Shown: in pieces, positions 1 through 6,129 of the stretch
How the letters are laid out: each line of letters starts with the position of its first letter
Position numbering within the stretch: position 1 is the first letter of the stretch
DNA from: a virus
Taxonomy: Duplodnaviria; Heunggongvirae; Uroviricota; Caudoviricetes
Reading direction: 5' to 3' (one strand)
Virus record (IMG/VR): IMGVR_UViG_3300029107_000009
Span: 1-8,951 of that record
Length of the DNA stretch: 8,951 bases
Position numbers and translations under genes: made by a program
Notes under the pieces: model-generated
Seen by the model: only the letters and a program-made list of their open reading frames with translations
What the model was told of the DNA's origin: nothing
Database searches by the model: none

Positions 1-1
1 T

Positions 2-139
2 ATCTGGTCATTACCAGACGGAGAAATACGCCGCTATGACAGGCGTCTGAATATAATCTGTAGCGAGTGCCGGCAGAGTGAGGTTATGCAGCGTGTGCTG
101 GCGTTCTATCAGGGTAATTATCAGGAGGTGATGCTGTGA
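2..139 (+). CDS. 3' end of an upstream gene (partial, C-terminal 45 codons; hypothetical protein)
   Basis: Frame open from the window edge with no stop until TGA 137-139; the stop overlaps the GTG start of the next gene (GTGA overlap). No start codon inside the window. Confidence 0.35.
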   Translation: MWSLPDGEIRRYDRRLNIICSECRQSEVMQRVLAFYQGNYQEVML

Positions 140-609
140 GTACACCGGTAACCATTCTTGATATGTGCTGTGGCAGCCGTATGTTCTGGTTCGATAAGAA
201 TGACGACCGGGCGATATTTAGCGATATCAGAAAGGAAGAGCACACATTGTGTGATGGACGATGTCTGATTATCAGTCCTGATCTGATAGCTGATTTTCGT
301 GCACTACCATTTGCAGACGCATCTTTTTCGATGGTTATATTCGACCCTCCGCATCTTGAGCGTGTTGGTGATAACGCCTGGATGGGAAAGAAATATGGAC
401 GGCTGAATAAAGATACCTGGCGTGATGATTTGCGGCAGGGATTTAAAGAAGCCTTTCGTGTGTTGCGTCCATCCGGCGTTCTGATTTTTAAATGGAATGA
501 AACGCAAATACCTGTTCGCCAGATATTGGTACTGACCGACAGAAAACCTGTTATCGGTCAACGAACAGGAAAAAACGATAAAACCCACTGGATTATTTTT
601 ATGAAATAG
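136..609 (+). CDS. Small SAM-dependent methyltransferase (N6-adenine/N4-cytosine type, D-P-P-H motif), likely orphan phage DNA methyltransferase
   Basis: 157-aa ORF with GTG start 7 nt after AGGAGG (123-128). Translation shows a motif I-like LDMCCGSRMF near the N-terminus, an acidic IFSDIR about 20 residues later, and a motif IV-like FDPPH. No adjacent restriction endonuclease gene. Confidence 0.7.
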   Translation: MSTPVTILDMCCGSRMFWFDKNDDRAIFSDIRKEEHTLCDGRCLIISPDLIADFRALPFADASFSMVIFDPPHLERVGDNAWMGKKYGRLNKDTWRDDLRQGFKEAFRVLRPSGVLIFKWNETQIPVRQILVLTDRKPVIGQRTGKNDKTHWIIFMK

Positions 610-819
610 GCATCCAGTGAGTTGGTTCGTAAGGTTACAGATACGTATATCTGAATAATTAAATTCAGTTCTGTAAATAAAATTTAATCCTTAACCGGAG
701 GGATTTCTGCACCCTCAAATCATCAGGAGGCCGCCCGAAAGGGCGGTAGTGAAATACGAAAGTTCAAAATAATTATTGAAACAGGAATAGCTGGTGGAGA
801 TTTTGAGGATGTATTCGAA

Positions 820-936
820 GTGGACGATGACGCAACACCTGATGAAATTCATGATGAAGCAAAAGAAATTTTCTTTAACTACTGCAATTACTCATATCAC
901 GAAATAAAAGACGAGGAGGAAGAACAAAATGGCTGA
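820..936 (+). CDS. Small highly acidic protein (about 38 aa from GTG; start uncertain)
   Basis: Frame open from 688 to TGA 934-936 encoding ...DVFEVDDDATPDEIHDEAKEIFFNYCNYSYHEIKDEEEEQNG. No in-frame ATG; the only canonical in-frame start is GTG 820 with a weak GAGG 11 nt upstream. Its stop overlaps the ATG of the next ORF (AATGGCTGA). Confidence 0.3.
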   Translation: MDDDATPDEIHDEAKEIFFNYCNYSYHEIKDEEEEQNG

Positions 937-1105
937 TTTTGGTTCAACTAAATACAACGTCAGTTTTGAAGAATGGCATGAACTGTTAATGGATTATGCA
1001 GAGTTACGTGGTGGAAGTGCTGCTGATGCTGAAGCCTGGCGTGATGACTACGAAGCAGGAAAAACACCTGTCGAAGCATATTGTGATGAGTGGGGCGATG
1101 AATGA
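929..1105 (+). CDS. Small acidic protein (58 aa)
   Basis: ATG 929 preceded by GAGGAGGA (913-920). Acidic, Trp-containing product MADFGSTKYNVSFEEWHELLMDYAELRGGSAADAEAWRDDYEAGKTPVEAYCDEWGDE. Start overlaps the stop of the preceding acidic frame. Confidence 0.5.
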   Translation: MADFGSTKYNVSFEEWHELLMDYAELRGGSAADAEAWRDDYEAGKTPVEAYCDEWGDE

Positions 1106-1209
1106 GCGAGATTAATTATCAGGAAGGGCATGAAACGGTAGGGCAGGCAAAACCAGTTGCATGACGATATCGCTATGTGAAAAAGGGCGTTACGGACCTT
1201 CAGGAGAAG

Positions 1210-1617
1210 ATGTGGGTTGGTGACTGGAAATATGTACCGACAAAAGAGGATTGCAACGACAGGCCGAGCTATGAGATTCAGGCCTTATTCACTACCCCGC
1301 CAGTCCCGGTGATATCAGAAGGACTGGTTAAAGCCGCGCGCTTTTATGAACAGGTAAAGCGTGAGAATCCACCAGTCGAAACAGGAGTATGGAAAGATGC
1401 TGTTGATTGGGTTCTCAAAGAGGCCTGCTGTGCTGTCATTCTGGGTAAAGCCGACAATCCATTAGCATCCAGTAACCAAGTTGGCGAATTAACAATGTGG
1501 GTTAAACGACAGGTCAGTCAACTGAAAAAAGCTAATCCAGACTGCAAATTACCGGAGAAGGCGATGGACTACCTTAAGCGGAACGAACTGATAAGCGCGG
1601 AGGATGTTTTGCGATGA
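1210..1617 (+). CDS. Hypothetical protein (135 aa from ATG 1210; 146 aa if the GTG at 1177 is used)
   Basis: Long ORF in the supplied track (1177..1617). ATG 1210 has AGGAG 3 nt upstream; GTG 1177 has no obvious SD. Soluble-looking product with no motif I recognise. Stop TGA overlaps the ATG of the following peptide gene (ATGA). Confidence 0.6.
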   Translation: MWVGDWKYVPTKEDCNDRPSYEIQALFTTPPVPVISEGLVKAARFYEQVKRENPPVETGVWKDAVDWVLKEACCAVILGKADNPLASSNQVGELTMWVKRQVSQLKKANPDCKLPEKAMDYLKRNELISAEDVLR

Positions 1618-1697
1618 CCTGGCCTGAAGCATTCACAACGGTAGGAATTGCAATGGCGGTGGCGCTGGTGGTGTATTCGATTTGCCGCTGGGGGTAA
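1614..1697 (+). CDS. Small hydrophobic single-TM peptide (27 aa)
   Basis: ATG 1614 preceded by GGAGGA (1599-1604) at 9 nt; ATGA overlap with the upstream ORF. Product MTWPEAFTTVGIAMAVALVVYSICRWG is a single hydrophobic helix. Confidence 0.45.
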   Translation: MTWPEAFTTVGIAMAVALVVYSICRWG

Positions 1698-1858
1698 GGT
1701 ATTAAAAAACGCCCCGCACACAGACGTTGAGCGCCTGAGATGTGGGGATAGGGAGTTAGTTAAATAGTCGTACAACAATACCTGATTTTATATTGAAGCA
1801 AGAAATAGGTTGCTACATATTGAACCATGCGCGTGTACGTCAAATATGGGAGGTCATC

Positions 1859-1948
1859 GTGCTGGTTCTGAAATGTGCGCTGGCTATTGCGGCAGTAATG
1901 GCAATTTATTGTCTTGTTATCGTTCTTATGAATCACCTTTCTGATTAA
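1859..1948 (+). CDS. Small hydrophobic peptide (29 aa), candidate membrane peptide or type I toxin-like
   Basis: GTG 1859 with strong SD GGGAGG (1848-1853) at 5 nt. Product MLVLKCALAIAAVMAIYCLVIVLMNHLSD. Candidate promoter TTGAAG (1793-1798) / CATATT (1816-1821) with a 17-nt spacer. Below the size cutoff of the ORF track. Confidence 0.4.
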   Translation: MLVLKCALAIAAVMAIYCLVIVLMNHLSD

Positions 1949-1955
1949 TTTTATA

Positions 1956-1984
1956 TTGGCGAGGTGACGTGAGTTAAGTAGAAT
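1956..1984 (+). promoter_or_regulatory. Candidate sigma70 promoter of the hok-type mRNA
   Basis: -35 TTGGCG (1956-1961), 17-nt spacer, -10 TAGAAT (1979-1984). The predicted start near 1991 places the complementary box at the 5' end of the transcript. Confidence 0.4.
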
Positions 1985-1988
1985 TGCT

Positions 1989-2002
1989 GCGGGTGCTTGA
2001 GG
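1989..2002 (+). promoter_or_regulatory. Upstream complementary box of the hok mRNA (fold-back inhibition element, 5' partner)
   Basis: GCGGGTGCTTGAGG (1989-2002) can pair antiparallel with CCTCAACGCACCCGC (2365-2379) just before the 3' terminator: 14 bp with a one-nucleotide bulge. Confidence 0.5.
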
Positions 2003-2037
2003 CTATCTGCCTCGGGCATGAACACCAACGGCAGATA

Positions 2038-2111
2038 GAGAAAAGCCCCAGTTAACATTACGCGTCCTGCAAGACGCTTAACATTAATCTGAGGCCCAAT
2101 CTATGCTTCAC
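2038..2111 (-). ncRNA. Candidate Sok-like antisense RNA (boundaries approximate)
   Basis: Minus-strand -35 TTGCCT (forward 2141-2146) and -10 TAACCT (forward 2118-2123) with a 17-nt spacer. The transcript would be antisense to the mok start codon (2103) and its SD. On the minus strand an outer 7-bp stem (forward 2045-2051 with 2089-2095, one G-U pair that is a C-A mismatch on the plus strand) encloses an inner hairpin (forward 2062-2077) and is followed by UUUUCUC. Confidence 0.3.
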
Positions 2112-2315
2112 AAACGTAGGTTAGCCTCTTACGTGCCGAAAGGCAAGGAGAAGCAGGCTATGAAGCAGCAAAAGGCGATGTTAATCGCCCTGATCGTCAT
2201 CTGTTTAACCGTCATAGTGACGGCACTGGTAACGAGGAAAGACCTCTGCGAGGTACGAATCCGAACCGGCCAGACGGAGGTCGCTGTCTTCACAGCTTAC
2301 GAACCTGAGGAGTAA
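2103..2315 (+). CDS. Mok-like ORF: in-frame 19-codon N-terminal extension of hok
   Basis: 70-aa ORF MLHKRRLASYVPKGKEKQA + Hok sequence, in frame with hokD as in chromosomal mok/hok annotations; GAGG lies 10 nt upstream of ATG 2103. Confidence 0.45.
   Translation: MLHKRRLASYVPKGKEKQAMKQQKAMLIALIVICLTVIVTALVTRKDLCEVRIRTGQTEVAVFTAYEPEE
2160..2315 (+). CDS. hokD: Hok-family type I toxin (HokD/RelF-like, 51 aa)
   Basis: Product MKQQKAMLIALIVICLTVIVTALVTRKDLCEVRIRTGQTEVAVFTAYEPEE matches the Hok/Gef family and my recollection of E. coli HokD (RelF). SD AAGGAG at 9 nt; N-terminal TM helix and conserved Cys. Confidence 0.9.
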   Translation: MKQQKAMLIALIVICLTVIVTALVTRKDLCEVRIRTGQTEVAVFTAYEPEE

Positions 2316-2364
2316 GAGACCAGGCGGGGGAGGAATCCCTCGCCACCTCTGATGAGTCAGGCAT

Positions 2365-2379
2365 CCTCAACGCACCCGC
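2365..2379 (+). promoter_or_regulatory. Downstream complementary box of the hok mRNA (3' partner)
   Basis: Complementary to 1989-2002 (see above); located 50 nt after the hok stop, immediately before the terminator. Confidence 0.5.
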
Positions 2380-2384
2380 ACTTA

Positions 2385-2410
2385 ACCCGCTTCGGCGGGT
2401 TTTTGTTTTT
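2385..2410 (+). terminator. Rho-independent terminator of the hok transcript
   Basis: ACCCGC-TTCG-GCGGGT stem-loop followed by TTTTTGTTTTT. Confidence 0.8.
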
Positions 2411-2535
2411 ATTTTCAACGCGTTTGAAGTTCCGGACGGCGCCGGAATAGAATCAAAAACACTTAAGTAGCGCGCAGGGAGAAGAGGGATGGACCCCGAA
2501 CAGGGGAGTGCTATTTATCTGGAAGGATTCTGTTG

Positions 2536-2796
2536 ATGAAAATCGAAGAATTACGTGAAATTTTTAGTGAAGATGGCCTCTATACTGTGTGCGTTGAGAA
2601 GGGCGCTATTGTCAGCCACTGCCGTATTAAATGTTTACAGTCTCAACAAAGGAAGAGTGGAGCTGCGTTAATTCATTTGGTGGATGGGCTTGTGACGGAT
2701 GGTTTTATTTTGCGTGCAAATGAATTTGTCACATCGTTGCCGTCTCTGAAAGAAGCTGGGATTAAGGCTGGTTTTTCTGCTTTTGAAGATGAGTGA
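2536..2796 (+). CDS. rem: Rem-like small prophage protein (86 aa), function unknown
   Basis: ORF with GGAAGGA at 8 nt from ATG 2536. Assigned by size and by position between hokD and the ydfU-like gene, as in the Qin prophage of E. coli K-12; I cannot verify sequence identity from memory. Confidence 0.6.
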   Translation: MKIEELREIFSEDGLYTVCVEKGAIVSHCRIKCLQSQQRKSGAALIHLVDGLVTDGFILRANEFVTSLPSLKEAGIKAGFSAFEDE

Positions 2797-2862
2797 ATTC
2801 ATCTACAATTCAGCGCAGGGCTGAACCCCTGTTGAGTAACACTGTGCCACCGGAGAAAGCCG

Positions 2863-3141
2863 ATGGCGCAAAATTCCAGACTACACAATTCTGATAATTC
2901 AGCCGTCTTTGCCAGCAGGCATGGGCGGCGTTCGCGCGTATTTAAAACCGACTGGTACCAACACCCTCCATGCACTGAAGAACAGGCCGAATGGCTGATT
3001 CAGTGCTACCGCAGGCGCGGATACGAGGTTAAAAAAGCCCTTAGCCTCGACTACCGTCACTGGATAATCTCTGTCAGACTGCCTTACTCCGAACGCCCAC
3101 CGCGTCCATCCCGCACGTACCAACAACGGATCTGGAGGTAA
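2863..3141 (+). CDS. Hypothetical protein (92 aa), translationally coupled to the ydfU-like gene
   Basis: ATG 2863 with GGAG at 7 nt; the stop TAA 3139-3141 lies inside the RBS/start region of the next gene. Basic product with no recognised motif. Confidence 0.45.
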   Translation: MAQNSRLHNSDNSAVFASRHGRRSRVFKTDWYQHPPCTEEQAEWLIQCYRRRGYEVKKALSLDYRHWIISVRLPYSERPPRPSRTYQQRIWR

Positions 3142-3142
3142 C

Positions 3143-4192
3143 GTGAGGGTATTACTTCGACCTGTTCTGGTGCCGGAACTCGGGCTGGTGGTCCTTAAGC
3201 CAGGTCGTGAATCCATGCAGGTATTTCACAATCCCCGGGTGCTGGTGGCGCCTGAACCAAAAAGCATGCGCGCTCTGCCGTCAGGACCTGTTCCTGCTGT
3301 TAGCCAGCTGCTGGCAGAGGATAAAACATTACTGCCATTTTTCAGCGACGAACGAGTGATTCGTGCTGCTGGCGGCGCTGGTGCACTGTCTGACTGGCTG
3401 TTGCGCCATGTTAAATCCTGCCAGTGGCCACACGGCGACTATCACCACAGTGAAACCGTCATTCACCGTTATGGCGCTGGCGCGATGGTGTTGTGCTGGC
3501 ACTGCGACAACCAGCTGCGTGACCAGACATCCGAATCACTCGAGCAACTTGCTCATCAAAATCTGTCAGCATGGATGATTGACGTCATACGCCATGCAAT
3601 GAATGGCACGCAGGAGAGGGAGTTATCGCTGGCTGAATTATCCTGGTGGGCGGTCTGCAATCAAGTGGCGGACGCGCTTCCGGAGGCAGTATTACGTCGT
3701 TCTCTGGGGTTACGTGCGGAAAAAATCCGCTCAATGTACCGTGAAAGCGACATCGTACCGGGAGAGCAGACCGCCACCAGCATACTGAAGCAGCGCACAA
3801 AAAATCTTGCGCAGTTGCTTCACACCCACCAGCCACAGAACCCAGCACAGGAAAAGCAGGTGGTCAGCATTGCCGTTGATCCGGAGTCTCCGGAATCTTT
3901 CATGAGGCGACCTAAACGTCGCCGTTGGGTAAATGAGAAATATACGCGCTGGGTGAAGACACAGCCGTGTGCGTGTTGTGGTCAACCAGCCGACGATCCC
4001 CATCACCTGATTGGTCACGGTCAGGGAGGGATGGGAACAAAGGCCCACGATATTTTCACGCTACCGTTGTGCCGGGAACATCACAACGAACTTCATGCGG
4101 ATCCGCTGGCGTTCGAAGAAAAGCATGGTTCTCAGGTTGATTTAATTTTTCGTTTTCTTGATCACGCCTTTGCAACCGGCGTGCTTGGGTAA
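3143..4192 (+). CDS. ydfU: DUF968-family prophage protein (YdfU-like, 349 aa) with a C-terminal Cys/His-rich HNH-like motif
   Basis: GTG 3143 with GGAGG at 4 nt. The 349-aa length and the position upstream of Q match my recollection of Qin YdfU. The C-terminus contains CACCGQPADDPHHLIGHGQGG...LCREHHNELH. Confidence 0.75.
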   Translation: MRVLLRPVLVPELGLVVLKPGRESMQVFHNPRVLVAPEPKSMRALPSGPVPAVSQLLAEDKTLLPFFSDERVIRAAGGAGALSDWLLRHVKSCQWPHGDYHHSETVIHRYGAGAMVLCWHCDNQLRDQTSESLEQLAHQNLSAWMIDVIRHAMNGTQERELSLAELSWWAVCNQVADALPEAVLRRSLGLRAEKIRSMYRESDIVPGEQTATSILKQRTKNLAQLLHTHQPQNPAQEKQVVSIAVDPESPESFMRRPKRRRWVNEKYTRWVKTQPCACCGQPADDPHHLIGHGQGGMGTKAHDIFTLPLCREHHNELHADPLAFEEKHGSQVDLIFRFLDHAFATGVLG

Positions 4193-4204
4193 AAGAGGTT
4201 ACTG

Positions 4205-4564
4205 ATGCGTATAGAGTTTGTTTTGCCTTACCCGCCGACGGTGAATACCTACTGGCGACGTCATGGCAATACGTATTTCATCTCGGAGGCCGGAAAGCGT
4301 TATCGCCATGATGTGGCGCTAATTGTTCGCCAGCAGCGGTTGAAATTAAACCTGTCCGGAAGGCTGGCGATAAAGATTATTGCAGAGCCACCGGATAAGC
4401 GCCGTCGTGACCTGGACAATATCCTGAAAGCACCACTAGATGCGCTGACGCATGCCGGACTACTCATAGACGACGAGCAGTTTGATGAAATCAATATTGT
4501 GCGCGGTCAGCTCGTTCCTGGTGGGCGGCTGGGGATAAAAATCACAGAACTGGAGTGCGCATGA
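4205..4564 (+). CDS. rusA: RusA-type Holliday junction resolvase (119 aa)
   Basis: Product contains PDKRRRDLDN..LDALTHAG, closely resembling the RusA acidic catalytic-core motif (PDRRRRDLDN..FDALTKAG as I recall it). AAGAGG at 6 nt from ATG 4205. Confidence 0.85.
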   Translation: MRIEFVLPYPPTVNTYWRRHGNTYFISEAGKRYRHDVALIVRQQRLKLNLSGRLAIKIIAEPPDKRRRDLDNILKAPLDALTHAGLLIDDEQFDEINIVRGQLVPGGRLGIKITELECA

Positions 4565-5250
4565 ATAACCAGTATTTACAGTTTGTGCGTGAGCAGCTCA
4601 TTATCGCCACCGCTGATTTGAGTGGGGCAACAAAAGGTCAGCTTGAAGCCTGGCAGGAGAATGCCATGTTCGATACAGGGCGTTACAGGCGAAAAAAAAT
4701 CCGGTACCGCGATGAAGTGACTGGAAAAATGATAACGCGGAATAATCAACCAATCCCGGGAAAGCAATCGCTGGCGAAGGGGACGTCAATTCCTCTGGTC
4801 AGTCCGGTTGAGTTTTCGACATCATCGTGGCGGCGGGCTGTTCTGTCTCTTGAAGAACATCATAAAGCCTGGTTGTTGTGGTGTTACAGCGGGAGTATTT
4901 GTTGGGAATATCAGATCGCTATAACACAGTGGGCGTGGAATGAATTTAATACTCAATCCGGTACCAGAAAAATTGCAGGGAAAACGCAGGAACGCCTGAA
5001 AAAATTAATCTGGCTGGCGGCGCAGGCAGTAAAAGCAGAACTTTTTGGTGGGGAAGGTTATGAATACCAGGATCTGGCATTACTGGCGGGAGTGACAACT
5101 AAAAACTGGTCCAAAACATTTACTCGTCACTGGGTTGCAATGAAACACATTTTTCAACGACTGGATAGTGAGGCTTTATTGTTTGTAATGAGAACACGTT
5201 CAAAACAAAAGGCGGCATTTTCAAAGCAAAATGTTGCAAAAGTAGATTGA
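4561..5250 (+). CDS. Putative late-gene antiterminator Q-like protein (229 aa from ATG 4561)
   Basis: ATG 4561 overlaps the rusA stop (ATGA) with GGAG at 5 nt. Lies immediately upstream of a strong promoter plus terminator and the lysis genes, which is the canonical Q position. Assignment is positional; no Q family motif recognised with certainty. Confidence 0.55.
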   Translation: MNNQYLQFVREQLIIATADLSGATKGQLEAWQENAMFDTGRYRRKKIRYRDEVTGKMITRNNQPIPGKQSLAKGTSIPLVSPVEFSTSSWRRAVLSLEEHHKAWLLWCYSGSICWEYQIAITQWAWNEFNTQSGTRKIAGKTQERLKKLIWLAAQAVKAELFGGEGYEYQDLALLAGVTTKNWSKTFTRHWVAMKHIFQRLDSEALLFVMRTRSKQKAAFSKQNVAKVD

Positions 5251-5262
5251 AAGGCATATATT
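5234..5262 (+). promoter_or_regulatory. Candidate late promoter (PR-prime-like), overlapping the 3' end of the Q gene
   Basis: -35 TTGCAA (5234-5239), 17-nt spacer, -10 TATATT (5257-5262). Confidence 0.5.
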
Positions 5263-5316
5263 TCATGCAAATCTGATATTTTGCCGATTTTGTACGTGAT
5301 GGCAAAAGCAAACAAA

Positions 5317-5340
5317 ACCCGCCCACAAGCGGGTTTTTTT
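5317..5340 (+). terminator. Rho-independent terminator (tR-prime-like) about 70 nt downstream of the late promoter
   Basis: ACCCGC-CCACAA-GCGGGT stem-loop followed by TTTTTTT. Confidence 0.75.
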
Positions 5341-5422
5341 GTGCCACTTATCTCGGATAGACATGGTGAATGCGCTGGTGGAGGAAGTAAGGGTGATTTT
5401 TAACCAGGTGATTTTTGAATGC

Positions 5423-5451
5423 TTGCAACATTGATTTCGTAACGTTATTAT
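5423..5451 (+). promoter_or_regulatory. Candidate promoter of the tRNA cluster
   Basis: -35 TTGCAA (5423-5428), 17-nt spacer, -10 TATTAT (5446-5451); AT-rich upstream region; the first tRNA begins 10 nt after the -10. Confidence 0.45.
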
Positions 5452-5460
5452 CCTGCGCCC

Positions 5461-5536
5461 GGCCCTTTAGCTCAGTGGTGAGAGCGAGCGACTCATAATC
5501 GCCAGGTCGCTGGTTCAAATCCAGCAAGGGCCACCA
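5461..5536 (+). tRNA. tRNA with CAU anticodon, ileX/ileZ-like (Ile2 type after lysidine modification, or elongator Met)
   Basis: 76 nt; acceptor GGCCCTT/AAGGGCC; D-arm GCTCAGTGGTGAGAGC; anticodon loop CTCATAA; T-loop TTCAAAT; encoded CCA. Resembles E. coli ileX from memory. Confidence 0.8.
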
Positions 5537-5537
5537 A

Positions 5538-5614
5538 CCGCCACTAGCTCATCAGGAAAGAGCGTCAACCCTTTAAGTTGAGTGTGCGAGGTTCGAGTCC
5601 CCGGTGGCGGTCCA
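5538..5614 (+). tRNA. tRNA-like gene with atypical anticodon loop CCTTTAA (anticodon UUU if canonically numbered, but C at position 33)
   Basis: 77 nt; acceptor CCGCCAC/GTGGCGG; anticodon stem TCAAC/GTTGA; T-loop TTCGAGT with one A-C mismatch in the T-stem; encoded CCA. Confidence 0.55.
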
Positions 5615-5616
5615 GT

Positions 5617-5692
<76 letters not shown>

Positions 5693-5695
5693 TAT

Positions 5696-5770
<75 letters not shown>

Positions 5771-6129
5771 GAGAAACAAGCCTTATTGTATTGCGGCACT
5801 GGCGTATTTTTTTATTACGTGGGAGCAGGTTGTTTTGAAAAAGCATTCTGTTCTCTGGCTATGATTTGAGGCCGGGTGTAGCCTCAGTGCTGATTTTTTT
5901 ACGGCAGCAGAATGGTGCATTATCGGTGGAGGTTTTGTATTTCCTGGCAGGGTCGGTGATGCATCATTCTGGTGTTGTAAAAGCACCGCAGAGGCGTTCC
6001 TCAGTACGAGGGTGGTTTAAAGAGTCGGTTTAGCGGGAAACCACAGTGTCCATACAGAACGGAATACTTCGGGAGGCACCCGACGCCTCGATTATATTAC
6101 AATTAAAAATTCATCCCTTGCATTGACCA

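Noticed and set aside
1740-2160. relB/relE antitoxin-toxin genes upstream of hokD, as in the K-12 relBEF operon
   Set aside because: No ORFs of RelB or RelE size or character are present upstream of hok; the interval is instead occupied by a hok-type leader with promoter, complementary box and stem-loops.
3363-3788. Plus-strand ORFs 3363-3578 and 3603-3788 inside the ydfU-like gene
   Set aside because: Alternative-frame ORFs wholly within the 349-aa gene; Cys/Arg-rich artefactual translations with no SD.
304-5347. Minus-strand ORFs nested inside plus-strand genes (304-588, 1569-1778, 2899-3216, 3585-3848, 3731-4048, 4300-4494, 4576-4767, 4601-4789, 5120-5347)
   Set aside because: Each lies antisense within a well-supported plus-strand CDS, lacks a ribosome-binding site and gives a low-complexity product; these are shadow ORFs.
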